NCBI GenBank assembly: GCA_040879925.1
Contig: JBBDJJ010000050.1
Span: 42,221 to 106,220 of the forward strand
DNA from: Woeseia sp.
GTDB lineage: Bacteria > Pseudomonadota > Gammaproteobacteria > Steroidobacterales > Woeseiaceae
Length of the DNA stretch: 64,000 bases
Direction of reading: 5' to 3'
Part shown: one piece after another, positions 8,447-17,539 of the stretch
How positions within the stretch are numbered: the first letter of the stretch is position 1
How the letters are laid out: each line of letters starts with the position of its first letter
The notes under the pieces: generated by a model
Database searches by the model: none
What the model was told of the DNA's origin: nothing
The model's input: the letters and a program-made list of their open reading frames with translations, nothing else
Translations under genes and position numbers: made by a program

Positions 8447-9199
8447 ATGTGGACTTTCCTGCATAAGCTGGCGTCGCCGCCGCACTTCTACCGTCTCGCG
8501 GCCGTTCTTGCGCCGTGGCTTATGGTGCCGGCGCTGCTGCTCATCGCATACGGCACAGTAGCCGGGCTGTTTTTCGCCCCGTCCGACTATCAGCAAGGCG
8601 ACGCGTTTCGCATTATTTACGTGCATGTACCCGCCGCCTATTTATCGTTGCTCGCGTATATCGTCATGGCGATCGCCGCCGGGATCGGCCTGATCTGGCG
8701 CATGAAGCTTGCACACGCGGTCGCTGCCGCCGCTGCACCGCTCGGCGCATGGTTTACCTTCCTGGCCCTGGCAACCGGTTCCATCTGGGGCCGTCCCATG
8801 TGGGGCACGTGGTGGGAGTGGGGCGACCCGCGCCTGACCTCGGAACTCGTTCTGCTGTTCCTGTATATCGGCTACATTGCGTTGCGTGGCGCAATTGACG
8901 ACGTGTCGCGAGCAGACCGCGCGAGCGCTGTATTGGCGCTGGTTGGGGCGATTAATGTTCCAATTATTCATTTTTCCGTGGAGTGGTGGGCCTCATTACA
9001 CCAGGGCCCGACATTGATCCGGGCAGGAGGCCCGGCGATCGAATTGACCATGCTGTATCCGCTACTGGCCATGATTTTCGGCTTCTCGCTGTTGTTCGGC
9101 GCCATGCTGCTTGATCGCGTACGCAGCGAAGTCCTGTCGCGGGAACGGCGCGCCCGTTGGGTTCGCGAGCTATTGCTGCCGGGCGGGGAAACCGCATGA
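8447..9199 (+). CDS. ccmC: heme exporter/heme lyase subunit CcmC
   Basis: Trp-rich motif WGRPMWGTWWEWGDPRL. Start taken at MWTFLHKLA inside track ORF 8390..9199. Confidence 0.9.
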   Translation: MWTFLHKLASPPHFYRLAAVLAPWLMVPALLLIAYGTVAGLFFAPSDYQQGDAFRIIYVHVPAAYLSLLAYIVMAIAAGIGLIWRMKLAHAVAAAAAPLGAWFTFLALATGSIWGRPMWGTWWEWGDPRLTSELVLLFLYIGYIALRGAIDDVSRADRASAVLALVGAINVPIIHFSVEWWASLHQGPTLIRAGGPAIELTMLYPLLAMIFGFSLLFGAMLLDRVRSEVLSRERRARWVRELLLPGGETA

Positions 9200-9393
9200 G
9201 CGAAGTATTGTCTATGGGAGGGTACGGTGCCTACGTATGGACTTGCTATGCTTTGAGCTTCACGGTAGTGATCGTATGCTTCGTGCAGGGCCGCCGCCGT
9301 CAGCGGCGCATCCAGGATGAGATCAGGACAAGACTGAAAGTCACGGTACCAGGCGCACTCACTATGACCGAAAGCAGCGAGACAAACGAATGA
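9196..9393 (+). CDS. ccmD: heme exporter protein CcmD
   Basis: 65-aa single-TM protein (YVWTCYALSFTVVIV); ATGA overlap with the ccmC stop; position in operon. Confidence 0.75.
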   Translation: MSEVLSMGGYGAYVWTCYALSFTVVIVCFVQGRRRQRRIQDEIRTRLKVTVPGALTMTESSETNE

Positions 9394-9851
9394 AGCCCAG
9401 ACAGCAACGCATGCTCGCAGTTGGACTGGCAGCGGGCGGCCTCCTGATCGCCACGGGCCTGACTCTGCGGGCGTTTCAGGACAACATGATGTTCTACGTC
9501 GAAATATCCGAAGTCGTTGCCGGCAATGTACCGGCCGAACGCAGGTTTCGCGTCGGCGGCCTGGTCGTCGAGAACAGTGTGCGGCGCGCGGCGGGGGAAC
9601 TCGAAGTCGAATTCACGCTGACCGATACCGTGAGCGAACTGCCGGTGGCCTACAGCGGCGTGCTGCCCGACCTGTTCCGCGAGGGGCAGGGCATCATTGC
9701 GCACGGCCGTCTTGGCGAAGATGGCCGTTTCGTCGCCGATACGGTCCTGGCCAAGCATGACGAAAATTACATGCCGCCCGAGGTAGCGGACTCGCTTGCG
9801 CGACATGCCACCGAAAAAGCCGCTGCTGCGGACGAGGGGGCCGGGCAATGA
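9390..9851 (+). CDS. ccmE: cytochrome c heme chaperone CcmE
   Basis: N-terminal TM; OB-fold region FRVGGLV; C-terminal LAKHDENYMPPE with the heme-binding His. Confidence 0.9.
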   Translation: MKPRQQRMLAVGLAAGGLLIATGLTLRAFQDNMMFYVEISEVVAGNVPAERRFRVGGLVVENSVRRAAGELEVEFTLTDTVSELPVAYSGVLPDLFREGQGIIAHGRLGEDGRFVADTVLAKHDENYMPPEVADSLARHATEKAAAADEGAGQ

Positions 9852-11809
9852 TTGCCGAGCTGGGACATTTTGCAATGATTCTTGCGTTGTCCCTGGCCAT
9901 CTGCCAGGGAGTCCTGCCACTGGTCGGCGCGCATCGGCGGGACGATGCGCTGATTGCCGTCGCTCGTCCGGCAGCTCTGGGTCAGTTTGTGTTCGTGTCC
10001 ATTGCGTTTGTGTGCCTCGCCTACGCATTCCTGACCAGCGATTTTTCTGTTCTGTACGTCGTTAACAACTCGCAACTTGAACTGCCGGATATCTACAAGT
10101 TTTCAGCAATCTGGGGTGCTCACGAAGGCTCACTGCTACTGTGGATTCTGATTCTGGCCGCTTGGACCGTGGCCGTTGGCCGTTACAGCCAGGAATTGCC
10201 ACCGGCTTTCGCCGCACGCGTCATTGGCGTACTGGGCCTCCTGAGCGTCGGCTTCCTGTTGTTCACGCTGCTGACATCCAATCCCTTTGAGCGAATTTTT
10301 CCGGCACCCGCAGACGGCGCCGATCTCAACCCGTTATTGCAGGACCCCGGGCTCGCGATTCATCCGCCGATTCTTTACCTGGGTTATGTCGGCTTCTCGG
10401 TGGCGTTTGCATTCGCCGTAGCTGCCATGCTTTCCGGCCGGCTCGATCGCGCCTGGGCACGCTGGACGCGTCCATGGACCACGTGGGCGTGGCTGTTCCT
10501 GACCGTGGGCATCGCGCTCGGCAGTTGGTGGGCGTATTACGAACTGGGCTGGGGCGGCTGGTGGTTCTGGGACCCGGTGGAGAACGCGTCGTTCATGCCC
10601 TGGCTGGTGGGCACAGCACTGATTCACTCTCTGGCCGTAACCGAGAAGCGTGGTCTGTTCAAAAGCTGGACCCTGCTATTGGCAATATCCGCCTTTTCCC
10701 TGAGTCTGCTAGGTACGTTCCTGGTACGTTCCGGCATCCTGGTGTCGGTACATGCTTTTGCCACAGATCCCGCCCGCGGCCTTTTTATTCTCATATTCCT
10801 TGCGGTTGTCGTCGGCGGCGCGTTGACGCTGTATGCCTGGCGCGCGCCAGCCCTCGATTCGGCGGCCGGTTTTCGCCCCGTATCCCGCGAAACATTCCTC
10901 CTTCTGAATAATGTACTGCTGGTGATCGCAGCAACACTTATCCTGCTCGGCACACTGGCGCCGCTCGCGGTGGAAGCGTTCAATGGCGGCAAGATTTCGG
11001 TCGGGCCGCCGTGGTTCGAGATTGCGTTCGCAATTCCCATGTTGCCGCTGATCGTTCTCGTTGGCATGGGTATGCATGCCGCCTGGCGGCAACAACCGGG
11101 TGGACCGCTGCTGCGGCAATTGAAAGTCCCAATGATCCTCGCGGTCGTGTGTGGATTCGCGATCCCTGCATTATTCTTCGGCCGCTCCGGCGTACTGGTC
11201 ACCGTTGGCACGATTGCCGCCATCTGGATTATCGCGTCGTCGATGGTTCACCCCTTGCGCGCATGGCGCCGTACGCCGGGTTCGCCGGGAATGACACGCG
11301 CTGTGACCGGCATGACCGTTGCGCATCTCGGCGTCGGCATGTTCGTACTCGGCGTAACGATCACGTCGGCGTTCAGCATTGAAACGGACATGCGCATGGC
11401 CCCCGGTGAAAAAGTCGAGGTTGCAGGCTATCAATTCGAGCTCAGCGGACTGCGCACCGTGGACGGTCCCAACTTTCGTGCACTGGAAGGCGCGATCGAG
11501 ATACGCAAGGACGGCGAAATAGTCTCGACGCTCTACCCGCAAAAGCGCACCTATCTGGTACAGCAGAACCCGATGACTGAGGCGGGTATCGACGCTGGTT
11601 GGAATCGCGATCTGTTTGTGGCGCTCGGTGATCCGCTGGGCAACGATGCCTGGAGCGTGCGCCTGCAATACAAACCCCTGATCCGTTTCATCTGGCTGGG
11701 CGCGTTCATCATGGCGCTCGGCGGGATGATCGCCGCAAGTGACCGCCGCTATCGCCTGACGGCGACGGCAACCGAACGACAGCGTGCGGCGCAGGAGTTG
11801 CCCGTGTGA
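9848..11809 (+). CDS. ccmF: cytochrome c heme lyase subunit CcmF
   Basis: 653-aa polytopic protein with WWAYYELGWGGWWFWDPVEN Trp-rich motif. Confidence 0.95.
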   Translation: MIAELGHFAMILALSLAICQGVLPLVGAHRRDDALIAVARPAALGQFVFVSIAFVCLAYAFLTSDFSVLYVVNNSQLELPDIYKFSAIWGAHEGSLLLWILILAAWTVAVGRYSQELPPAFAARVIGVLGLLSVGFLLFTLLTSNPFERIFPAPADGADLNPLLQDPGLAIHPPILYLGYVGFSVAFAFAVAAMLSGRLDRAWARWTRPWTTWAWLFLTVGIALGSWWAYYELGWGGWWFWDPVENASFMPWLVGTALIHSLAVTEKRGLFKSWTLLLAISAFSLSLLGTFLVRSGILVSVHAFATDPARGLFILIFLAVVVGGALTLYAWRAPALDSAAGFRPVSRETFLLLNNVLLVIAATLILLGTLAPLAVEAFNGGKISVGPPWFEIAFAIPMLPLIVLVGMGMHAAWRQQPGGPLLRQLKVPMILAVVCGFAIPALFFGRSGVLVTVGTIAAIWIIASSMVHPLRAWRRTPGSPGMTRAVTGMTVAHLGVGMFVLGVTITSAFSIETDMRMAPGEKVEVAGYQFELSGLRTVDGPNFRALEGAIEIRKDGEIVSTLYPQKRTYLVQQNPMTEAGIDAGWNRDLFVALGDPLGNDAWSVRLQYKPLIRFIWLGAFIMALGGMIAASDRRYRLTATATERQRAAQELPV

Positions 11810-12336
11810 GATTGCGGTTCGTCGCACCTGTATTGGCGTTCGCCATTCTGCTGCCGATGCTCATTTTCGGCTTGCAACGCGATCCTTCCGAATTGCCGTC
11901 GCCGTTTCTCAACAAGCCGGCGCCTGAGTTCGAACTGCCCGGCTTGCGCGACCCCGAGCGAACAGTGAGCAACCACAACTACGCCGGACAGGTGGCATTA
12001 GTCAATGTGTGGGCAACCTGGTGCGTCGGCTGTCGCCAGGAACACGACTTCCTGTTGTCGCTGGCCGCCGACGGAGACGTGCCTATCTATGGCCTCAACT
12101 GGCGGGATCGGCGCGAGGACGCGATTCGTTGGCTCGACCAGCTCGGTGACCCGTACGTCATGTCGGGATACGACGAGGACGGTACCGTTGGTATCGACTG
12201 GGGAGTGTACGGCGCCCCGGAAACCTTCCTGATCGGTCCGGACGGCACGGTCCTGCACAAGCACCTCAGTCCGTTAACGGACGACATCTGGCAGCGTGAT
12301 TTCGTGCCCAAAATCGCTGCGGCGAGAGGCCTTTGA
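11806..12336 (+). CDS. ccmG: thiol:disulfide oxidoreductase CcmG/DsbE
   Basis: Thioredoxin motif WATWCVGC; GVYGAPETFLI. Confidence 0.9.
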   Translation: MRLRFVAPVLAFAILLPMLIFGLQRDPSELPSPFLNKPAPEFELPGLRDPERTVSNHNYAGQVALVNVWATWCVGCRQEHDFLLSLAADGDVPIYGLNWRDRREDAIRWLDQLGDPYVMSGYDEDGTVGIDWGVYGAPETFLIGPDGTVLHKHLSPLTDDIWQRDFVPKIAAARGL

Positions 12337-12784
12337 ATTGCGCAGCGTTGTACTGATACTGCTGTTGTTGTTCGCACATGCAAGTCCGGCAATTGATGCC
12401 GGAACCGCATTCGATGACGCGGAATTGCAGGCACGCTACGAGAAAATAGTCGCGGAAGTACGCTGCCTGCAATGCCAGAACGAAAGCATCAAGGACTCCA
12501 ATGCCTTTCTCGCAGCCGACCTGCGCCGGGAGATTCGCCGCATGCTGGCCGAGGGCAAAACAGATGCCGAAATCTATGATTTCCTGATTACGCGTTACGG
12601 CGAGTTTGCGCTGTATCGCCCGCAGTTTCGCGGCAAGACACTTTTCCTGTGGATTGCGCCGGCATTCCTGATTGCCGTCGGGCTGCTCGTTGCGATCAGA
12701 ATAGTTCGAGGGCGTATGAACTTGCCGATTGACGACACGACCGATGAGGCGAACGCCGGGCGACAGGCCGGCAATCGAACATGA
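12296..12784 (+). CDS. ccmH: cytochrome c maturation protein CcmH
   Basis: LRCLQCQNESI motif. The real start is probably TTG at 12338, just after the ccmG stop. Confidence 0.85.
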   Translation: MISCPKSLRREAFELRSVVLILLLLFAHASPAIDAGTAFDDAELQARYEKIVAEVRCLQCQNESIKDSNAFLAADLRREIRRMLAEGKTDAEIYDFLITRYGEFALYRPQFRGKTLFLWIAPAFLIAVGLLVAIRIVRGRMNLPIDDTTDEANAGRQAGNRT

Positions 12785-13767
12785 TATGGGTCGTCATGGG
12801 ATGCATGTTGCTCGCGGCCACCCTCGTGGTCGCGTGGCCACTGTTTCGACGGCAGCGTCGGCTAACGCCGTCGCTACTGACGGCCGTTGCCACCGTATTG
12901 ATCGTCTCCGCCGTAGTTTATTCACGGATCGGTACGCCGGTCGCTCCGGAGGCACCGGCCACGATCGACGACATGGTGGCGTCGCTTGCCGCGCGCCTGG
13001 AGGAAAACCCTGAGGACTTGAACGGCTGGACCATGCTTGGCCGTTCCTATGTGCAAATGCAGCGTTATCCGGAAGCAGTAGCTGCCTACACGCGGGCTGT
13101 TGCGCTGGAGTCGGCGTCAAATGCGCAGACACTTGCCGATTTTGGTGAGGCCGTTGTACTGAGCGAGGCAGGGCAGATCAGCGATCGCGCCGAGCAGCTT
13201 TTTGAAAATGCCCTCGGCCTCGAAACGAACAATCCGAAAGCGCTGTTCTATGGCGGCATTGCTGCTATCGAGCGCAACGATCGTGCACTGGCCGCTGATC
13301 GCTGGGAAGCACTCCTGGCACTGGCCCCGCCTGCCGAAATCCAGGAGGTATTGAGGCAGCGCATTGCGGAATGGCGTGGCCTCGAGCAACCCGTTTTATC
13401 GGGAGAGTCATCGGCGAGTAATGCAGCGGTTATTTCTGCCCGTGTGTCTCTGGCTGCAGAAGTCGCGGCGAAGATAGGGCCGAACGCGACGGTATTCATT
13501 ATTGCGCGGGACCCCGACCAACCCTCACCGCCAATTGCTGCAACGCGCCGTATGGCATCCGAATTACCAACTACGGTCACGCTCGGTGACGCCGACGCGA
13601 TGATTCCAGGCCGCCTGTTGTCCGGATTCGATCGACTCGAGATCATTGCGCGCGCATCGACTTCCGGCGAACCGATAGCGCAAACCGGTGATTGGTACGG
13701 CGAGGAAAGCATGGTTATATCTGAATCGGCGGCCGTGGAGATCGTCATCGAGCATGAGGTGCAGTGA
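12781..13767 (+). CDS. ccmI: cytochrome c maturation protein CcmI (CycH-like, TPR)
   Basis: N-terminal TM segments followed by a TPR region (GWTMLGRSYVQMQRYPEAVAAYTRAV); ATGA overlap with ccmH. Confidence 0.75.
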   Translation: MIWVVMGCMLLAATLVVAWPLFRRQRRLTPSLLTAVATVLIVSAVVYSRIGTPVAPEAPATIDDMVASLAARLEENPEDLNGWTMLGRSYVQMQRYPEAVAAYTRAVALESASNAQTLADFGEAVVLSEAGQISDRAEQLFENALGLETNNPKALFYGGIAAIERNDRALAADRWEALLALAPPAEIQEVLRQRIAEWRGLEQPVLSGESSASNAAVISARVSLAAEVAAKIGPNATVFIIARDPDQPSPPIAATRRMASELPTTVTLGDADAMIPGRLLSGFDRLEIIARASTSGEPIAQTGDWYGEESMVISESAAVEIVIEHEVQ

Positions 13768-14182
13768 CGCCGTGACCGACACCAAGCGTCCGTCAATCGA
13801 AAACGCGACCATGTGTTTTGCCTGTGGAGTCGACAATCCAATCGGCCTGCAAATTCGTTTTCAAATGCAAAATGAACGCTGCGAGGGCGTATTCACGCCG
13901 TCCGAAGTTCATGTGGGCTATCAGAACACCGTGCATGGTGGGATCATTTATTCCGCGCTCGACGATGTCATGGCCAATGTGCTTTATTTACAGGCTATCA
14001 AGGCGCATACCGCGCGTTGCGAGATCCGTTACCGGCAACCGCTTACCACGGGACAAACCATTCGGCTCTCGGGCTGGATTGAACAGCGACGACGCAGACT
14101 CGTTATGCTGAAAGGTGAGGCACGCCGTGCCAGCGACGACTGCCTGATCGCCGACTGCGACGCAGCATTCATGATCGTATGA
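13754..14182 (+). CDS. PaaI-family hotdog-fold thioesterase
   Basis: CFACGVDNPIGL and HGGIIYSALDDVM motifs. Start at 13754 overlaps the ccmI end; the alternative ATG is at 13811. Confidence 0.7.
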   Translation: MRCSDAVTDTKRPSIENATMCFACGVDNPIGLQIRFQMQNERCEGVFTPSEVHVGYQNTVHGGIIYSALDDVMANVLYLQAIKAHTARCEIRYRQPLTTGQTIRLSGWIEQRRRRLVMLKGEARRASDDCLIADCDAAFMIV

Positions 14183-14227
14183 GTATTGTTTGCGTCAACA
14201 GTTGCTTGCGACCGCGACCGGATCGGC

Positions 14228-14479
14228 TTATTCCGGCAAATCCCGCATCGACTGTGCCGGCACACTGACTGTGTCGCCTGTATTGGTCATGCGGGTTCGA
14301 ACGGCCGTTTCAGTTTCGACGCTGTCCCGTGCGTGTGTCAGCGCCGCATACAATCGCCGCAGTTGCATGTACGACAACGCCTTTACGTCCACCATCGCCA
14401 GCGCATGGATGACACTGAGAGACAGGTCGTGAACGTCCGATTCGTGCAGGCGTCGATCTGATATTTCGCGCGGGGTCAT
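14228..14479 (-). CDS. hypothetical protein (83 aa)
   Basis: ORF track only; no SD seen and no recognisable motifs. Confidence 0.25.
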   Translation of the reverse strand: MTPREISDRRLHESDVHDLSLSVIHALAMVDVKALSYMQLRRLYAALTHARDSVETETAVRTRMTNTGDTVSVPAQSMRDLPE

Positions 14480-14642
14480 GACAGTATCGTCAACGTTGTA
14501 TATATCGCCGGCGGTGCCGGTCAGGTGAAGCCAGTCTAGCAGTGCTTCGCAGCGTCAAATGTGACCTGGATCACGTCCGTTTGGCGCAAACTAACAACAA
14601 CAATGCACAATATGTCGCATTGGCCCGAACCGGGAAGATTAT

Positions 14643-15611
14643 TTGGCGATGCTACCGAACACATTGACAAATTCAATACGGATTCCGCTCATCGGGGCGC
14701 CTATGTTCATCGTGTCAGGGCCGGAACTGGTCATCGCGCAGTGCAAGGCAGGCATCATAGGTGCTTTCCCGGCTTTGAACGCACGTCCCGCATCCATGCT
14801 GGACGAATGGCTGTCACGCATAACCGGTGAGCTTGACGACGCGCGCAAGAAGAATCCTGCAGTTCCGGTTGCGCCGTTTGCCGTCAACCAGATCGTGCAT
14901 CAGAGCAACGATCGTCTGGAGCACGATGTCGCACTGTGCGTGAAGTACCAGGTTCCGATCGTGATAACGAGTCTGCGCCCACCTGCGGAAGTAGTTGAAG
15001 CAGTGCATGCCTACGGCGGTATCGTCTTGCATGACGTGATCAACCTGCGGCATGCGGAAAAGGCAGCGGAGCAGGGCGTAGACGGCATCATCGCCGTGTG
15101 TGCAGGTGCCGGTGGGCACGCCGGTACGCTCAGCCCGTTTGCCCTGGTGCGGGAGATCCGGCAGTTTTTCGACGGCACGATTGTCCTGTCAGGTGCCATG
15201 AGCCGAGGGGCCGACATCGTCGCCGCACGTGCCATCGGCGCCGACCTTGCCTATTTCGGCACACGTTTCATCGCTAGCAAAGAGGCAAACGCCCCGCCCG
15301 CTTACAAGCAGATGATTGTGGAAAGTCGCGCGGCCGATATCATCTATACGTCTTTATTTACCGGCGTGCACGGCAGCTACCTCAAGGGCAGTATCCTGAA
15401 TGCCGGCATGGACCCCGACAAGCTGCCTGAGGGCGAAGCGCACAAAATGAACTTCGGCAGTGGCGGCAATACTGACGCGAAAGCCTGGCGCGATATCTGG
15501 GGGGCCGGGCAGGGCGTGGGCAGCATGCACGATATTCCCGCCGTGGCTGAACTGGTGAACCGGCTGGAGGCAGAATACAACGAGGTGCGTGATGAACTTG
15601 CAAGAGACTAG
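14643..15611 (+). CDS. nitronate monooxygenase (NMO / 2-nitropropane dioxygenase family)
   Basis: IPLIGAPM, GAGGHAG and TRF motifs typical of FMN-dependent NMO. ATG at 14649 is the likely start. Confidence 0.85.
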   Translation: MAMLPNTLTNSIRIPLIGAPMFIVSGPELVIAQCKAGIIGAFPALNARPASMLDEWLSRITGELDDARKKNPAVPVAPFAVNQIVHQSNDRLEHDVALCVKYQVPIVITSLRPPAEVVEAVHAYGGIVLHDVINLRHAEKAAEQGVDGIIAVCAGAGGHAGTLSPFALVREIRQFFDGTIVLSGAMSRGADIVAARAIGADLAYFGTRFIASKEANAPPAYKQMIVESRAADIIYTSLFTGVHGSYLKGSILNAGMDPDKLPEGEAHKMNFGSGGNTDAKAWRDIWGAGQGVGSMHDIPAVAELVNRLEAEYNEVRDELARD

Positions 15612-15617
15612 GCGACT

Positions 15618-16007
15618 ATGAAAACACCACTCCTGCACGCATTCCTCGTCGGTGTTGGAGGTTTTGGCGGTGCGCTGCTGCGATACGGATTGAACGGCCT
15701 GCTAATCCGACAGTTCCCTTTGTCCACGTTTCCGCTCGGGACGCTGGCGGTTAACCTTTTTGGTTGCCTCATGATCGGCATCGTCGCGGGACTGATCGAA
15801 TCGCGACAGTTTTTCAGCATTGAGATGCGCGTGTTCCTGTTGATCGGGTTGCTCGGTGGATTCACTACTTTTTCGACGTTCGGTATCGAGACTTTCTCGT
15901 TGTTTCGCAACGAGCAGTATTTGAGCGCCGCCACCAATGTCGGACTGCATGTAGTTGCGGGACTGCTACTTGTCTGGGCAGGCTACACGCTCACATCGAC
16001 GAGATAA
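15618..16007 (+). CDS. crcB: fluoride channel CrcB/FluC
   Basis: 129 aa, 4 TM, GGFGGALLRY and GGFTTFSTF motifs. Confidence 0.9.
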   Translation: MKTPLLHAFLVGVGGFGGALLRYGLNGLLIRQFPLSTFPLGTLAVNLFGCLMIGIVAGLIESRQFFSIEMRVFLLIGLLGGFTTFSTFGIETFSLFRNEQYLSAATNVGLHVVAGLLLVWAGYTLTSTR

Positions 16008-16014
16008 CACTCAC

Positions 16015-17367
16015 TCAAAGTTCAGCGAGAACGTCCCATAAGTCATCGATCCAGTCGAGGTGTTCCGGCTTCATGAGACAGGAACGCAAACAGGTCACGG
16101 TCGCGGCATTTTCTTCAAGGTCGGGCCACCAGGCGCGTACCAGCGTTACCGGCAAATCGATCAGCGCAAGATATAGCCGCGCATCAGCGGCACGCGCGAA
16201 TACCTCACGGGCGCGCCGGCTGGCAGACCTTGCATCGCGTGATTGCACTGCGAACACCACAATATCGAGTTCGGGCGGCATCAGGGCGACGTAACGATCG
16301 GACTGGCGCACGCGCTGCCACAGAATGCGTGCGGCCCGCAGCGATTTGTCGAGGTCGCCTGCAAACTCACCGCCAGGTGTCATTGGCAACAAGCGTTGCG
16401 TGGCCCACAACGCCACCGCCGCCGCCCCCGGCCGGGAGCACTCGAGGCTAATTTCGCCAAGATGCAGATCGGCCGACGAAAAATACGTGTACGGTGAATC
16501 GTGGTGATAGAGCGCGCCTGTTTTGGGATCGCTGAATAAAATGCAACCGCAACCATAAGGTTGATGTCCGTGCTTATGCGGATCGATGACGATGGAATTT
16601 GCTTCGTTGACGCGCGTGAAATGGCGACGCACCTGCTCGTCGATGGCTGACGCAAGCGTAAAATAGCCGCCATAGGCAGCGTCGACGTGGACACGGAATT
16701 CAAAGTCGTGTCTAAGATCGAGAATCTCGTCGAGTGGATCGACGGCCCCAAGACCGGTCGTTCCAAGAGTGACGACGACAGTGCCGATGGTCCCGGATTG
16801 CAATGCCGCTCGCAGCGCCGACATATCCATACGCCCGGCCTCGGTTGCATCGATCGCAATGAAATCCAGCCCGAGGACCTGGCTGATACGGTTGTGGGTG
16901 TAATGCGCCTGGCTTGATGCCGCAACCGCTTTACCGGGGTGTAATTGTCCTGCCACCCACAGCGCTTCCAGATTGGCCATCGTGCCACCGCCGCACAGGT
17001 GTCCCAGTACTTGCGGCATTCGGAACAGTCGCCCCAGGGCCTCGATACACTCTTTCTCCATCGCCGAGCTGGCCCGCCCGCCATCCAGCGCATGGTTGTT
17101 CGGATTCAGCCAAAGCGACAGTGTGTAAGCGAGGCGCGCTACCGGATGCGGTGGTTTCAACATCTGTCCGGCATAACGCGGATGGTGATACGGGTAGTTG
17201 TCCTGCAATCGCGTGGCAACTTCCTGCAGGACCGCGCCGATCGCCACCGTATCGTAATGCGGCGCAAATTCCGGCAGGTCGGAAAATCCATCCGCGAGCG
17301 TTTCGAGGGCATCCTTGAGAAGGTCGAGGTCAGAGTGCAAGGACACAGTCGGCGCCCGGGTCGGCAA
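16015..17367 (-). CDS. PLP-dependent (group II-like) decarboxylase
   Basis: CGGGTMANLEAL, and DPHKHGHQPYGCG with the PLP lysine. Confidence 0.75.
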   Translation of the reverse strand: MPTRAPTVSLHSDLDLLKDALETLADGFSDLPEFAPHYDTVAIGAVLQEVATRLQDNYPYHHPRYAGQMLKPPHPVARLAYTLSLWLNPNNHALDGGRASSAMEKECIEALGRLFRMPQVLGHLCGGGTMANLEALWVAGQLHPGKAVAASSQAHYTHNRISQVLGLDFIAIDATEAGRMDMSALRAALQSGTIGTVVVTLGTTGLGAVDPLDEILDLRHDFEFRVHVDAAYGGYFTLASAIDEQVRRHFTRVNEANSIVIDPHKHGHQPYGCGCILFSDPKTGALYHHDSPYTYFSSADLHLGEISLECSRPGAAAVALWATQRLLPMTPGGEFAGDLDKSLRAARILWQRVRQSDRYVALMPPELDIVVFAVQSRDARSASRRAREVFARAADARLYLALIDLPVTLVRAWWPDLEENAATVTCLRSCLMKPEHLDWIDDLWDVLAEL

Positions 17368-17539
17368 AACCGCAAGCTTAGCGTAATCAAATGCGCATAT
17401 CAGTGCCGTCTCGACAGGCTGGCTTTCGTGTCGCGCTTCGGTACCATGACGGGCCTTGACTTGCAGCCACGGAATTGCTATCGATATTAAGATCGTTTTT
17501 TCAATGCTTTATATTGTTTTTCTCGAATCGTATTGATAT

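Noticed and set aside
15612-15617. Fluoride riboswitch expected upstream of crcB
   Set aside because: Only 6 nt separate the NMO stop from the crcB start, so there is no room for a crcB-motif RNA. crcB appears co-transcribed with the NMO gene.
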